A stretch of DNA of 64,000 bases from Marinicella sp. (GCA_965230295.1 OZ246001.1:3264001-3328000); one strand, 5' to 3'; numbered from the stretch's first letter, positions 1 through 11,277 are shown. Notes: generated from the sequence alone by a model not told the origin. Made by a program: numbers and translations.

Positions 1-2520
1 GCGATCGAGTACGGTATCCAAATTCCACAGTTGGTCAATGCCGTTACATTGAGCAATGACGTCACTGGTGGATTTGTAGATGTTGGAAAGCGCCAATATA
101 CCTTGCGATTCAGCGGCAAATATCCGGTAGAGCAGCTCAACGAACTGACATTGGCTGCTGCCGATGGAACTCGCATTCGTTTGGGTGACATTGCAGTGGT
201 TGAACGGTATCGCAATGACCGTTTTAATCGTGCCATTCAAAATGGCAATCCAGCTTTCAGTATACGCATTGATAAAGCCAATGGAGCCAATGTTTTGGCT
301 ACTTTGGAGCGGGTCAAGGCTGAAGTGGACAGAATCAATCAAGACATCCTGGCCGATGAACAATTGGTGATGGTACAGTCATTTGATGCCTCGGTCTTTA
401 TTTATCGCGCCATCAGTTTAGTGACCAATAATTTATTTGCCGGTGTGATTTTGTCCTTAACGGTGTTGTGGTTGTTTATAAGGCGTGGCAGACCGACCAT
501 GATCATTGCTGTGGCAATCCCCATTTCATTGCTGGTGACTTTTGTGGTACTCAACGCATTGGGCCGGTCATTGAATGTGATATCGTTGGCAGGTTTGGCC
601 TTTGCTGTTGGTATGGTGCTGGATGCAGCCATTGTGGTGCTGGAAAATGTACTGCGGTTAAGGGAAGGCGGTCAAAGTAAACAGGAAAGCTCATTACAAG
701 GGACCCAACAAGTGTGGGGCGCCTTGTTGGCTTCCACAACCACAACGGTGGCCATATTTTTACCGGTGTTCTTTTTGGAAGGTGTGGAAGGTCAGTTATT
801 CGGTGATTTGGCCTTGACCATTGCCATAGCCGTATCAGTATCGCTGATTGTGGCAGTGGTGCTGTTACCCGTATTGGCTAAGTTGTGGATCAAAGACAAG
901 AAATTGGATGATAAATTGGCTGATCGATGGCAGAAAATCACACAAATGGTCATGCGCTGGACATCCACCAATAAAAAACGTGTGGGCTTGGCATTTGGTT
1001 TGATGTTTGTTCCGGTGATGATTACATGGGTGGCCATTCCAACCTTAGATTATTTACCTCCAGTTAAGCGAGATGCCGTTGATGCCAACTTGCGCTTTCC
1101 ACCAGGGGCCAATATGGAAACCATTAAACGTGAAGTGGTGGATCCTATAGTAGAACGGTTAAAGCCCCATATGGATGGCAAGAAACAACCGTATTTAAAA
1201 AACTATTACATATTTTATGGTCCTGGCGGTGGTGGCATGGGTATCAGGGCATTGGACCAATCCCGGGTTAATGAATTGTTGGATGTGGTACTCAATGAGG
1301 TGTTGGTTGATTTGCCGGACACCAATGCCTTTGCATCTCAAGGCAATCTATTCGGCGGGTTCAATGGTGGTAGATCGGTATCGATGCACATGCAGTCAAA
1401 AGATGACCGGGCATTGTTAGACGTGGCCAAAGAAGGCATCACCTGGATCGAAGAGGCCATACCAGGTTCACGGGTCCAACCCAACCCCGGGCTGGAATTG
1501 GCCGAGCCTGAATTGCGCCTGACACCCAATGACCGAGAAATATTTGAGCAAGGCTGGACCCGTCGGGATTTGAGTACTGTGGTCAGGACTTTGGGTGATG
1601 GCTTGTATGTGGGTGAGCATTTTGATGGCAGTAAGCGCATCAACATGATCCTCAAATCTGAAGGCTGGAATGATCCGGATAATCTGGGAGATGTCCCGGT
1701 GGTCACCGCAGCTGGTAACATCACTCAAATCAATCAACTTGTAGACATCAGTCGCACAGTAGGTCCCAGTAATTTGCGCAGGTTCAATGGAGAACGAACT
1801 GTCAGTTTGAACATTGTACCGCCCGATGGTTGGTCATTGGAACGAACCATTGCTGTACTTGAAGCCTCAGTAGAACCTAAGATTCGTGGCATATTGCCGG
1901 ATGATGGTGTGATTTTGTATGGTAACAACGTCAGTCAGTTACAGTCTACCATTCAAGTGATGGGACAAAACTTTGCCTTTGCTTTGTTGATACTGTTCTT
2001 GTTGTTGGCAGGTTTGTTCCGCTCGGCCAAAGACAGTTTGTTGGTGTTGGTGACTGTGCCCCTGGCCACTGTAGGTGGTGTTCTGGCCTTACAGTTACTG
2101 AATCGATTTGTGTTCCAGCCATTGGATCTGTTGACCATGATTGGCTTTGTTATTTTACTGGGGTTGGTGGTCAACAATGCCATTTTATTGGTGCACCACA
2201 CCCGCTTGGCAGAAGCCGCCGGAAAATTACGTCGAGAAGCTGTAGAGCAAGCATTGCGTTTGCGACTCAGACCCATTTTTATGAGCACTTTAACCAGTTT
2301 CTTTGGCATGCTGCCCTTGTTACTGGTGCCTGGCGAAGGCAGTGTCATTTATCGAGGCCTGGCCGCAGTCATCGTCGGCGGTTTAGGCATCAGCACTTTG
2401 TTTACCATTGTATTATTGCCCTGTTTGTTGCAATTCAAACGGACAGAATTTGTTTCATCCATACAGAGAGAAAAGCGTTTGACATCAGCGGTTGCTGATC
2501 CATACAGAGAAGCCCTATGA
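1..2520 (+). CDS. RND efflux transporter permease (AcrB/AcrD/AcrF family), 5'-truncated by the window edge
   Basis: Frame is open from base 1. RND motifs GMVLDAAIVVLEN, GLVVNNAILLV and RLRPIFMSTLTS; two TM bundles separated by a periplasmic domain. Confidence 0.95.
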   Translation, partial: AIEYGIQIPQLVNAVTLSNDVTGGFVDVGKRQYTLRFSGKYPVEQLNELTLAAADGTRIRLGDIAVVERYRNDRFNRAIQNGNPAFSIRIDKANGANVLATLERVKAEVDRINQDILADEQLVMVQSFDASVFIYRAISLVTNNLFAGVILSLTVLWLFIRRGRPTMIIAVAIPISLLVTFVVLNALGRSLNVISLAGLAFAVGMVLDAAIVVLENVLRLREGGQSKQESSLQGTQQVWGALLASTTTTVAIFLPVFFLEGVEGQLFGDLALTIAIAVSVSLIVAVVLLPVLAKLWIKDKKLDDKLADRWQKITQMVMRWTSTNKKRVGLAFGLMFVPVMITWVAIPTLDYLPPVKRDAVDANLRFPPGANMETIKREVVDPIVERLKPHMDGKKQPYLKNYYIFYGPGGGGMGIRALDQSRVNELLDVVLNEVLVDLPDTNAFASQGNLFGGFNGGRSVSMHMQSKDDRALLDVAKEGITWIEEAIPGSRVQPNPGLELAEPELRLTPNDREIFEQGWTRRDLSTVVRTLGDGLYVGEHFDGSKRINMILKSEGWNDPDNLGDVPVVTAAGNITQINQLVDISRTVGPSNLRRFNGERTVSLNIVPPDGWSLERTIAVLEASVEPKIRGILPDDGVILYGNNVSQLQSTIQVMGQNFAFALLILFLLLAGLFRSAKDSLLVLVTVPLATVGGVLALQLLNRFVFQPLDLLTMIGFVILLGLVVNNAILLVHHTRLAEAAGKLRREAVEQALRLRLRPIFMSTLTSFFGMLPLLLVPGEGSVIYRGLAAVIVGGLGISTLFTIVLLPCLLQFKRTEFVSSIQREKRLTSAVADPYREAL

Positions 2521-3608
2521 AAACTTTAAAAATCATCATTATCTCATTGATAGTTATCAATTATTTTAGCCCTGTTTATAGTCAGGAAGATGCTCAATTG
2601 GTCAGTACACAAGTGGCAAAAATCGAACAGGTCAGAGCGGTTACCTGGCTGCCTGGCAATGTGGTCAATCGTCTTGATGCCGCCATTTCAGCCGAACAGT
2701 CAGGTCAATTGTTATACATTGTTGAAATGGGTTCACAAGTGGACAAAGGCACGGTGATTGCCAAATTGGATGATCGAGCGCTGAACCTGGAACTCAGTCA
2801 GTTCGAAGCTCAACTCCGTCAAATCAAAGCCAATGTTGATTATTTAAAAGCACAACAAACCAGGATGGAAAAACTGGTTGAAAATTACAGCACTTCAGTG
2901 AGTGAAATTGACCGCAATCGACGCGACTTGAGGGTGGCCAAAGAACAGCAAGCAGCCATGGAGATTCAAATCCAACGCACGAAGTTGGCTTTAGATCAAA
3001 CCCAAATAAAAGCACCATTCAATGGTACAGTGAATGCGCATTTCGTTAACTTGGGAGAGTTGATTTCTGTGAATACACCTTTGATGCAACTGGTTGATAC
3101 TCAGCATTTGGACATCACTGTTGCCACCCCGTTGAACCTCTCTTCTTATGTTACAAAAGTTAAACATGTCCAGGTTAAATGGGGTGATCAATTACATAAT
3201 TTACCCATTAGAAACTGGAGCAGTGCAGGGAACCAAGCATCCAGAACTTTTGATTTACGTGTGGATGCCAGCGGTATTGATTTATTTGCCGGCAGTGCTG
3301 TTTTGGTGTCACTGCCTAAGAGTGAAGAAACGGTGGGTGTGACCATACCGCGTGATGGGTTAATTTTACGCGATAAGGAAAGTTACGTGTTTAAAGTTGA
3401 TGAAGAAAAAGTAGCACATAAAGTCAATGTTGATATTGGATTGGGCATTGATGACTGGGTGGTGGTTAATGGAGACATTCGAGCCGGCGATCAAATCATA
3501 GTTAGAGGTGGTGAACGCTTAGAAGATGGTCAAGCGGTCAGGATCAATAACGCCATAGTCGATCTGATACAAAACAGCTCATTGGAAGGCTTGGCTGATG
3601 CCGGATAA
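2517..3608 (+). CDS. RND periplasmic adaptor subunit (membrane fusion protein)
   Basis: ATGA overlap with the permease; N-terminal hydrophobic segment; lipoyl half-motifs (GSQVDKGTVIAKLD, IKAPFNGTV) flank a coiled hairpin. Confidence 0.93.
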   Translation: MKTLKIIIISLIVINYFSPVYSQEDAQLVSTQVAKIEQVRAVTWLPGNVVNRLDAAISAEQSGQLLYIVEMGSQVDKGTVIAKLDDRALNLELSQFEAQLRQIKANVDYLKAQQTRMEKLVENYSTSVSEIDRNRRDLRVAKEQQAAMEIQIQRTKLALDQTQIKAPFNGTVNAHFVNLGELISVNTPLMQLVDTQHLDITVATPLNLSSYVTKVKHVQVKWGDQLHNLPIRNWSSAGNQASRTFDLRVDASGIDLFAGSAVLVSLPKSEETVGVTIPRDGLILRDKESYVFKVDEEKVAHKVNVDIGLGIDDWVVVNGDIRAGDQIIVRGGERLEDGQAVRINNAIVDLIQNSSLEGLADAG

Positions 3609-3838
3609 TGATTGATAGCCAATCCTCGCTGCGGTTGTAGCGTTTTGTAACAGTTGCTTCAATGCCTCAATTAAAATAGATACCATCAATGAGGATGTTA
3701 ATGGTGTCTTGTTTAATTGTTTCTGTTGCCGTGAATTCTGTGCACAAATTGCCTGATTGAGTCTTCACAGTCCCTTCACGAAATTCGTACTACAATGAAC
3801 AAATAGTGAATTTTATACATCAGGTCAGTAAAATCAAC

Positions 3839-4174
3839 ATGTACACTTTGTTCAAAAAACGCCACAACATTTCCCAGATCAGAATATTATCCACCCATGT
3901 GGTCAGGTGTTTTAAGGGACGTTGTTTGATTTCCTCTCATGATGAAAACATTGCAGTTTGGTTGAATAAAAAGGATGTTTCTTATCAAGGTGATTACATC
4001 AAATTCAACATTGAACACAACAAAAGCTATTTCGTGTCTGAATTATACAGAATGTTGGTTGAAGAAGACTATCAGCATGAGGATGAAGAATTCAAAGGAT
4101 CAAAGCTGGTTTCATTGTTCATTGAAGAAAAAGCACCAATGATGCCGGAAGTACAAACTGTGTCTTTGTCTTAA
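3839..4174 (+). CDS. hypothetical protein (~111 aa; alternative start 3806)
   Basis: Only sizeable ORF in an intergenic gap; no recognisable motif. Confidence 0.55.
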   Translation: MYTLFKKRHNISQIRILSTHVVRCFKGRCLISSHDENIAVWLNKKDVSYQGDYIKFNIEHNKSYFVSELYRMLVEEDYQHEDEEFKGSKLVSLFIEEKAPMMPEVQTVSLS

Positions 4175-4472
4175 CTCACTGAAAACCATCATAAAAAATC
4201 AAATCCGGTAACAGAAGTGCCAAAATACAATCAAGCGGTTAATGTTGTTAAATAATGATGCTATTGAGTTTTCAACTACAGGCACATGCATGGGGCATCG
4301 AAGTCAGTGATGAATGTGATGAACAAGATTTGGGCAGAAACTATGCCAGTGATTGAACCGATAGGGAAGTTGTGAATGCAGAAGCTTGCCCCTCATTTTA
4401 TTTTCGGTTTATTTAAGGAGCTGGCTTTTGGTGACCCATGAATTCATTGTGTGGGATAGTTTTAAAGACACT

Positions 4473-4498
4473 GAATACCGGCCTTCGCCGGTACGACG
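4473..4498 (-). repeat. CGTC-tagged REP-like palindrome (single copy)
   Basis: Minus strand reads CGTCGTACCGGC-GAAG-GCCGGTATTC: a 7-bp stem preceded by a CGTC tag, between convergent genes. Confidence 0.6.
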
Positions 4499-4612
4499 GG
4501 ATTCGATTAGGTATTGTCGTTTAATTTAAGAATGAAAGAACATTGAACTGATGATAACTTGTAGTTATCTGGAGCAATTGTAGTTGCATACAAAGTTGAC
4601 CCAATTTACTAA

Positions 4613-7600
4613 TTATTGGCAATCGGTGGTTTTTCGTTCTGCCAAAATACCAGAAACTGTTTGACCGCTGTTTAAAAAGGCACTGGCGGCATCCACATCA
4701 AAAGGCTTGCTGAGCAAGAACCCTTGTACTTCTTCAATGTTGTATGACTCCAATAAATGCAGTTGCTCCATCGTTTCAACCCCTTCAGCCACCACCTCGA
4801 TGTCCAGGTTATGCGCCAAAGTGATGATGGAATCTACCATGCTGGCATCTCTGCTATCTAACACAATGTCCTTGATGAATGACCGGTCTATTTTTAAAGC
4901 ATGTATGGGGAACTGCTTCAAGTAATTGAGTGAAGAAAATCCGGTGCCAAAATCGTCCAATGAGAGTTTGACACCCAGCTTTCTGAGTTCATGTAGGGTT
5001 TTGATGGTGTATTGTAAGTTTTCAATTAAGGTGCTTTCGGTGATTTCCAGTTCCAGTGACTGAGGTGATATCTGGTATTTTTCTAGTACCCTACTGACCA
5101 AAACAACCAATTTTTTATCCATGAATTGCACCGCAGATAAGTTGATGGCTACATGAATATTTTGGTGACCGTTTTGTTGCCACTCATGTAATTGTTTACA
5201 GGCACTTTCAATAACAAATTCGCCTATGGATGCAATCAAGCCAGTTTCTTCAGCAATGGGAATGAAATCATCTGGCGGAATCAAGTCCCGGTCTATTCCT
5301 CGCCATCGGATCAATGCTTCAAATCCTGTGATCTGATCGGTGGCCAAGTTAAATTTTGGTTGATAATGCAACACCAGCTCTTGATTCTTAAGGGCTTTCC
5401 TCAACTTCATTTCAATGTCTACTCGATTCAAAACAGCCTGATTCATCGATTCAGTAAAAAATTGAAAATTATTACGCCCCGTTTTCTTGGCATGGTACAT
5501 GGCTGTGTCTGCTTGCATCAATAAAGTCTCGATATCTATGCCGTCATCGTCTTCATTGTAGGTCGCAATGCCAATACTGGGCGTGATGATCAATTCATGG
5601 TTGGTCAACTGAAAGGGCTTGGCCATTTTTTTCAATACATTTTCTGCAACCCTGATAACGTCGCTGATGTTGTCATAGTCAAGTATGCCAATGGTGAATT
5701 CATCACCGCCAATTCTGGCAACCATGTCTGACTTGCGGATGCAATGGCTTAAGCGGTTGGCTGCAGCAATCAACAACTCATCACCTATGGTGTGTCCAAG
5801 GCTGTCATTGATGTTTTTAAAGTGGTCGAGATCCACAAACATCACAGCCATTTTATTGCCTTTATGTTCTGCCATTTCTAATGATTGTTTCAGTTTAATC
5901 ATCATCAGTGAGCGATTGGGCAGGCCTGTTAAACTGTCATAGTTTGCCAGTTGTTTCAATTCCTCTTCGGTGTGCTTACGATACGTGATGTCGGTGATGG
6001 TGGCAATGTAATGACTGGGTTCTTTTTTGTTGTTATAAATGCAATTGACCCTTAAGTCGATTGGAATGAGCTTGTTATGCACTGTTGTTATGAAAACTTC
6101 ATCATGGTATGAACCGCCATTGATCACGACTTTGCTGATCATTTGGAACAATTCACTGGATTGCATTTCATTGGTGGATATAGGACCAGCACGCCACGGC
6201 ATGAATTTATTGATGATGCGATCATCAAAGCCTGTGATCGCAGTGAACGCAGCATTGATGGAAATGATTTTAAAATCAGCATCTAACACAATGGCGCCAT
6301 CCGATGAACTTTGGAATGCTGAAGCAATGAGCAGGCTGCGCTCTTCTTTTTCTTTGATGGTGTTGATGTTTCTGCTGATGCCATTAACAATCAACGGCTT
6401 GTTATTGAATGAACGTGATGTAACCCGGGCACGATCTTGAATCCAAACCCAATTTCCCTGGTTATTTTTTTGTCGATAAACGGCATCAAACTCATCGCTT
6501 TTTCCGGTCAGAATATCACTGATTTTATGTTGCAATTGTTCGATGTCATCCGGGTGAATTTTGAGGTTGTTACCAGCGAAAGTGCCGGTGAATGTGCGTT
6601 TGCGATCATCTGTCAATTCAGCACTGTTGGTTCTGGTGATTTCTTGCTTTTCGATGTCCCATTCCCACAGTTCATCGCCACTGCCCCAAATGGCTTGTGA
6701 CAATTGTACTTCCCTGTGTTGTAAAGCATATTGGGTTATTAATCGAGATCGATAAAGTCTGAATATCATTAAAGCAATGACTGCTGCAAACAAAAAATAC
6801 AACAATTTTGCCCACCAGGTAAACCATGGTTTGGGAAGTATGTTGAAATTGATGGCAGCTGTGTAATCACTCCACCCAAATCCTGCTTTGGTGGTTTTTA
6901 TTTGCAGTTGATAATCACCGGCTTCCAGATTGGTGAGTGTGAGCTCGTTGTTGTTTTGTAACTCAATCCAATGGTCATCAAGCTGAGGCAATCTGTAAGC
7001 ATAATTTAGGTTCTCTGCATTCAGGTAGTCCAATGCTGCGAACTTAAAATTAATGATCAGGTTGTGATGCGGGAAGGTGAATGTCTCAAGTTTATGAATA
7101 GGGGTTTTGGTGTTTATGGTTTTGTTGTTGTCGATGGTCACGGTCGACAGGTTTGAGTCATTCAAGTGAGTCGCTACTGATAGGTCATTACTATTGATCT
7201 CGGTGATGTATATTTTCACATCCTTTTTTGGGGCCTGAAGTCGGGTGTAATCAAACTTGATGACACCACGGTTGCTACCCATGAATAGCTTACCATCAGT
7301 AGAAATGTATTGAGAGTTCTCATGAAAGGAGATGTTTGACTCAAAGTAGCTGCTGCCATAATTGGTGACTTTTTTATTATTGAAATCAAGGTGGTATAAA
7401 TTCCTTCTGCCAGTAAACCAGACCTCATTCTCATTGAGAGGGAAAATGTTGTAAATACTTTGATCTTTGATGTTAGGGTGGGAGTGGTCCAAATGTAATA
7501 GGCGGTTGACCGTTCCATCTGAATTGAACTCCAATAATGACAAGCCATTGTGAAGTGTCGCAACCCAGTATTGGTTGTTCCAATGTTTTTGTATGGCATA

Positions 7601-9337
7601 AATCCAATCTTTATCAAACAGTGTTTCACCATTGTTGTTTCGCACGGCAGCTATGGTGTTATTTTCTGTGTTAAAAAAGAACAGGCCCGTGGCTGTGCTG
7701 AGCCAAAGGTTGCCATCAATGTTTTCTATGATGTTGGTGAATTCAACGTTGTCATATTGAGCCAGTGTTGTTTGGATTGTCTCAGTATAGTTCTTGATGA
7801 CTTTGTGGTCTTTATCAACCAAATACAAGGCAGAGTTATTGGTGCCTACCCATAGAGACCCGTCAGGCCTTTCATTCAATATCCAAACAGGGTTTTCAAG
7901 CAGGTTTTTGGTGCCTTCGGATAAGGGTGGTTTTTTTGTGTTTTCATGTAAATACAACAGTTGTTTGGTCTGTGTGTCGAATTGAGCCAAACCATTTTCG
8001 GTTCCAACCCATAATAATTCATTACTGATTTTGATGAGGTCCCAAATAGAAGCAAAATTGTTGGGTTCGGAATTTTCATCGCCTAATCCGCTGTAGTAAT
8101 GCTCTATGCTGTTGGTCGCTTTGTCCCAACGATTGAGTCCCTCAGTGGTCCCAAACCAAAAGGCATCATCTGTTTCTTCAATGGCCCAAACCATCTCGCT
8201 GCTCAGAGAATTGATTTGTCCAGGAATGGGTTGGATGCTTTCTACCGGATTGACGGGTTGGTGCAACACGACACCGTTGTAAGTGGCGATCCAAATCAAC
8301 CCCACATCATCAACGAAAACGGCGGTGGTCAAATTACTAGGAATACTTCTGTTGTCACCACGTCTGTGTTGGTGGCGTGTGATGGCTCCATTGGTGTCTA
8401 TCTGGTTGATGCCTTTTCCCCAGCTGGTCAGCCAAACATTGTCATCCTTGTCCAGGGCAATGGTCCACAATTCATCACTTGAAATGCTGTCAGGATTGTC
8501 TGCTTGGTGACGATAAACAGTTATCTTGTGACTTGAGGCTTCCATTTTAATAACTCCATTGAAACTGGTCACTACCCACAGCGCTCCGGTACTGTCGATG
8601 GCTAAATCAGAAACCTCCAAATTATGAAGTTCAGTTTCAGAAAATTCATGCTTGGTGAATGATCCCGACTCAATGTTAAACAGGTATAAGCCTTTCAAGC
8701 CACCAATCCAAAGGTGATTGGCATCCTTTTGGTTGATTACGCTGACATAATTGTCATCCACATTTTTAATGTCTCCGCTGATGTAGAAGTTTTTAAAATC
8801 ATTGCTGTCTGCTTGGTACAGGCTCAACCCCCGGTCTGTTGCGATCCATAATCGGTTTTGACTGTCTTCAAATAAGTGAATGATGTTGTTGCCAGAAATT
8901 GAATTAACGTTACTGGGGGAAAAAAGATATTGTTCAAAACTGATTTCATCGGGCAGCATTCGAGCCAAGCCTGTGGCTGTGCCAGCCCACAATTGTTGTT
9001 TGTGGTCTTCCAGCATCCAATTGACCCAAGAATTGGGCAAGCTGTTCAGATTATTGAGGATTGACTGATGATTGATGAAATCTCTGCCATCATATCGACT
9101 GATGCCCTCTGCGGTGGCCATCCAGATAAAGCCATCTTTCCTTTGTATGATGTGATTGACATAACTGGATGGTAGTTTTTCTATCCCAGGTAAAGGCTTG
9201 AAGTAGGCGGCTTCCGATCCGTAAGCCATTGATGTGTAAAGGGTAACAAAAACCAATGTCCAATTAAAAAGAGAAGCTTGAAATAAATTCCAAACAACAA
9301 CAAGACCACTCTTATTGATTACACACGCCTTCACCAC
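4613..9337 (-). CDS. Membrane-anchored diguanylate cyclase/phosphodiesterase with beta-propeller sensor (Reg_prop repeats + Y_Y_Y), TM, PAS, GGDEF and EAL domains
   Basis: Repeated D..G.LWI.T..GL motifs; YAYRL...W...L.NL.AG.Y.LQIK; TM after PWFTWWA; ARIGGDEF; GFEALIRW; LSLDDFGTGFSSL; VVAEGVET. True start uncertain. Confidence 0.95.
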   Translation of the reverse strand: MVKACVINKSGLVVVWNLFQASLFNWTLVFVTLYTSMAYGSEAAYFKPLPGIEKLPSSYVNHIIQRKDGFIWMATAEGISRYDGRDFINHQSILNNLNSLPNSWVNWMLEDHKQQLWAGTATGLARMLPDEISFEQYLFSPSNVNSISGNNIIHLFEDSQNRLWIATDRGLSLYQADSNDFKNFYISGDIKNVDDNYVSVINQKDANHLWIGGLKGLYLFNIESGSFTKHEFSETELHNLEVSDLAIDSTGALWVVTSFNGVIKMEASSHKITVYRHQADNPDSISSDELWTIALDKDDNVWLTSWGKGINQIDTNGAITRHQHRRGDNRSIPSNLTTAVFVDDVGLIWIATYNGVVLHQPVNPVESIQPIPGQINSLSSEMVWAIEETDDAFWFGTTEGLNRWDKATNSIEHYYSGLGDENSEPNNFASIWDLIKISNELLWVGTENGLAQFDTQTKQLLYLHENTKKPPLSEGTKNLLENPVWILNERPDGSLWVGTNNSALYLVDKDHKVIKNYTETIQTTLAQYDNVEFTNIIENIDGNLWLSTATGLFFFNTENNTIAAVRNNNGETLFDKDWIYAIQKHWNNQYWVATLHNGLSLLEFNSDGTVNRLLHLDHSHPNIKDQSIYNIFPLNENEVWFTGRRNLYHLDFNNKKVTNYGSSYFESNISFHENSQYISTDGKLFMGSNRGVIKFDYTRLQAPKKDVKIYITEINSNDLSVATHLNDSNLSTVTIDNNKTINTKTPIHKLETFTFPHHNLIINFKFAALDYLNAENLNYAYRLPQLDDHWIELQNNNELTLTNLEAGDYQLQIKTTKAGFGWSDYTAAINFNILPKPWFTWWAKLLYFLFAAVIALMIFRLYRSRLITQYALQHREVQLSQAIWGSGDELWEWDIEKQEITRTNSAELTDDRKRTFTGTFAGNNLKIHPDDIEQLQHKISDILTGKSDEFDAVYRQKNNQGNWVWIQDRARVTSRSFNNKPLIVNGISRNINTIKEKEERSLLIASAFQSSSDGAIVLDADFKIISINAAFTAITGFDDRIINKFMPWRAGPISTNEMQSSELFQMISKVVINGGSYHDEVFITTVHNKLIPIDLRVNCIYNNKKEPSHYIATITDITYRKHTEEELKQLANYDSLTGLPNRSLMMIKLKQSLEMAEHKGNKMAVMFVDLDHFKNINDSLGHTIGDELLIAAANRLSHCIRKSDMVARIGGDEFTIGILDYDNISDVIRVAENVLKKMAKPFQLTNHELIITPSIGIATYNEDDDGIDIETLLMQADTAMYHAKKTGRNNFQFFTESMNQAVLNRVDIEMKLRKALKNQELVLHYQPKFNLATDQITGFEALIRWRGIDRDLIPPDDFIPIAEETGLIASIGEFVIESACKQLHEWQQNGHQNIHVAINLSAVQFMDKKLVVLVSRVLEKYQISPQSLELEITESTLIENLQYTIKTLHELRKLGVKLSLDDFGTGFSSLNYLKQFPIHALKIDRSFIKDIVLDSRDASMVDSIITLAHNLDIEVVAEGVETMEQLHLLESYNIEEVQGFLLSKPFDVDAASAFLNSGQTVSGILAERKTTDCQ

Positions 9338-9515
9338 ACCATTATAATGAAGTAAAAACAGTTAAAAATCAACTGTTTAAGGTGTTAATCTATTATCACA
9401 TGAAATCTGACTGATGTGCTCGTTTTCAAGTATTCTGGTGCACAGTGATGATTCAAATCAATGATTAAATGGAATTTCCTGACCCCGGGATTGGGTTTGT
9501 AAAGTGGATGAATTC

Positions 9516-10232
9516 TCAAGGTCGGGACAGCTTTGATTGGATGTTTTGGGGCCAGAGAGCAACAGCTATCCATTCATTGTCGTGAGATAAACTGATTTCA
9601 TGAGGTAATGAGGTGTTGTTCGACATCAAAATAGGGGGGCCTGGTTTGGTGTAATCTTTGATGTTGAGAGGAGGGCGGTGGATTTTCGCCGAAATTCCAT
9701 TGTCTAAAAGCAGCCTTTGGGCCAATTTTCGAACTTCAGAAGATTGCTGTTTATAACTGGAGGAGTCGTCTATTTTTCTTAAAACAACCTGAACACTGTC
9801 CCAGTCATCTGTTTTCGAACTGATGATCGCCGTGACGTGCACGGCGGCTGGTTGGTGGGATGGTATTTTCTGAGTTATGTGTTCAGAATGATCGGCTGTT
9901 AACCAAGAGATTTTCAGTTGTAATGTAGCCTTGTGATGCTGTAGTGTGCCATGGAAATCTTTGTGGTTTTCATGATTGACCAGCTGGGATAGGCAATTGT
10001 TATCCAAGGTAAATTGTGATGGCGAGAAAAGTAACTGCTTATTCAATTTTTGACAGGCTTTGTAACTGGCTTCTTTGCAGGCCCAGAGACTCCATAAAAA
10101 AGTATTTTCATTCAGCGAGTGATTGAGATATGTTTTTTCCTCAAAGCTTAAAACCCGGTTAATAAACCTTTGGTTCAGGTGTTTTTCCGTGTCAGTGGTT
10201 AGGTCTACCACATCGTTGCCAAGCATGATCAA
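9516..10232 (-). CDS. 4'-phosphopantetheinyl transferase
   Basis: GNDVVDL, WACKEASYKA and C-terminal SLSHD motifs; last gene of an ACP-containing operon. Confidence 0.9.
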   Translation of the reverse strand: MIMLGNDVVDLTTDTEKHLNQRFINRVLSFEEKTYLNHSLNENTFLWSLWACKEASYKACQKLNKQLLFSPSQFTLDNNCLSQLVNHENHKDFHGTLQHHKATLQLKISWLTADHSEHITQKIPSHQPAAVHVTAIISSKTDDWDSVQVVLRKIDDSSSYKQQSSEVRKLAQRLLLDNGISAKIHRPPLNIKDYTKPGPPILMSNNTSLPHEISLSHDNEWIAVALWPQNIQSKLSRP

Positions 10233-10966
10233 TCGGCTGCAAAATGTTGTGTTTCTAAATCAACCAATTCATTGATCATATGAGTAGCCACATCTCTCAT
10301 GGCCCTGCGACCATTTTGATCACTGTTGGCAGCAATCAATTTCATATCTATCGTAAATGTTTCACCATTTTTGGGCATTTTACTGGCTGTGGTTTGTGAA
10401 CCACCACGTAAATAGACACACAACAACTGATTCAAGCCACTGTCGATGTGTAGTTTACCTACACCATAAATGAAATTTTCTGTATTGATCCTACCCGTGT
10501 TGCTGCGTGTGCCTTCCGGGAACACCATGACATATTGTCCCTGGTTCAATAAATAACCGGCTTTATCCATGGTTCGTTTTGAAGCTTTGGCATCTTGTTC
10601 AATCAGAATACATTTTCCAAGAAAACAAATCACCCTGTACAGTTTGCTTGCTTTTACATGAGAAGCTTTTGGTAGGTTCCAGCACAAGGTTCTGTATTGG
10701 ATTAAATATGACCAAGGACTGGCAAACGCCCAGATTAAAATCAATGAGTCCAAGAAAGTTAAATGATTGGGGCAAATCAACAATCCTTTGGGAGTGCTTT
10801 GCTTGATCTGTTTAAATTGTTTTCGTATGAGATTCAGGTTTTCAATGCGGTAATTCTTGATGAACCGGAGCCACAGAATGATCAATGGATACAGCACAGG
10901 AAAACACAGCAAAGAAACTCCTTTTTGCACAGTCAACATAATGCGTTCTTTTTTACTGATCATCAT
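10229..10966 (-). CDS. PlsC-family (lysophospholipid) acyltransferase
   Basis: HX4D motif (NHLTFLD) and FPEGTRS; start placed at the ATG at 10966 preceded by GAGG. Confidence 0.9.
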   Translation of the reverse strand: MMISKKERIMLTVQKGVSLLCFPVLYPLIILWLRFIKNYRIENLNLIRKQFKQIKQSTPKGLLICPNHLTFLDSLILIWAFASPWSYLIQYRTLCWNLPKASHVKASKLYRVICFLGKCILIEQDAKASKRTMDKAGYLLNQGQYVMVFPEGTRSNTGRINTENFIYGVGKLHIDSGLNQLLCVYLRGGSQTTASKMPKNGETFTIDMKLIAANSDQNGRRAMRDVATHMINELVDLETQHFAAD

Positions 10967-10978
10967 GTGATCAAACCT

Positions 10979-11013
10979 CAGTGCCTTTTGCAGCCATTCC
11001 ACAGAAGGCACTG
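10979..11013 (-). promoter_or_regulatory. Intra-operon stem-loop downstream of the ACP gene
   Basis: CAGTGCCTT...AAGGCACTG inverted repeat between the ACP stop and the acyltransferase RBS; no clear U-tract. Confidence 0.55.
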
Positions 11014-11037
11014 TTACTTATCATGAAATTGAGGTTG

Positions 11038-11277
11038 TTAAGCTTTGGCATTGATGACCTTAACAGCATCGCCCATGGTGCGAATGGCATCGGCTTCATC
11101 ATCACTGACCTCAATGTCAAACTCATCTTCAAAATCAATCACAATGTCAACCAAACGGGCCGAATTGACTGATAAGTCCTCCAAGAAACTGGTGGCATCT
11201 GTGGCAGCTGCCAAAGCATCTTGGTTTTTACAGTAAGGGGATACGATTTCTTTTACTTTTTCAAATACGTCACTCAT
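11038..11277 (-). CDS. Acyl carrier protein
   Basis: 79 aa, acidic; LEDLSVNSARLVDIVIDFEDEFDIEV (NS variant of the DSL motif); GAGGA RBS. Confidence 0.93.
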   Translation of the reverse strand: MSDVFEKVKEIVSPYCKNQDALAAATDATSFLEDLSVNSARLVDIVIDFEDEFDIEVSDDEADAIRTMGDAVKVINAKA

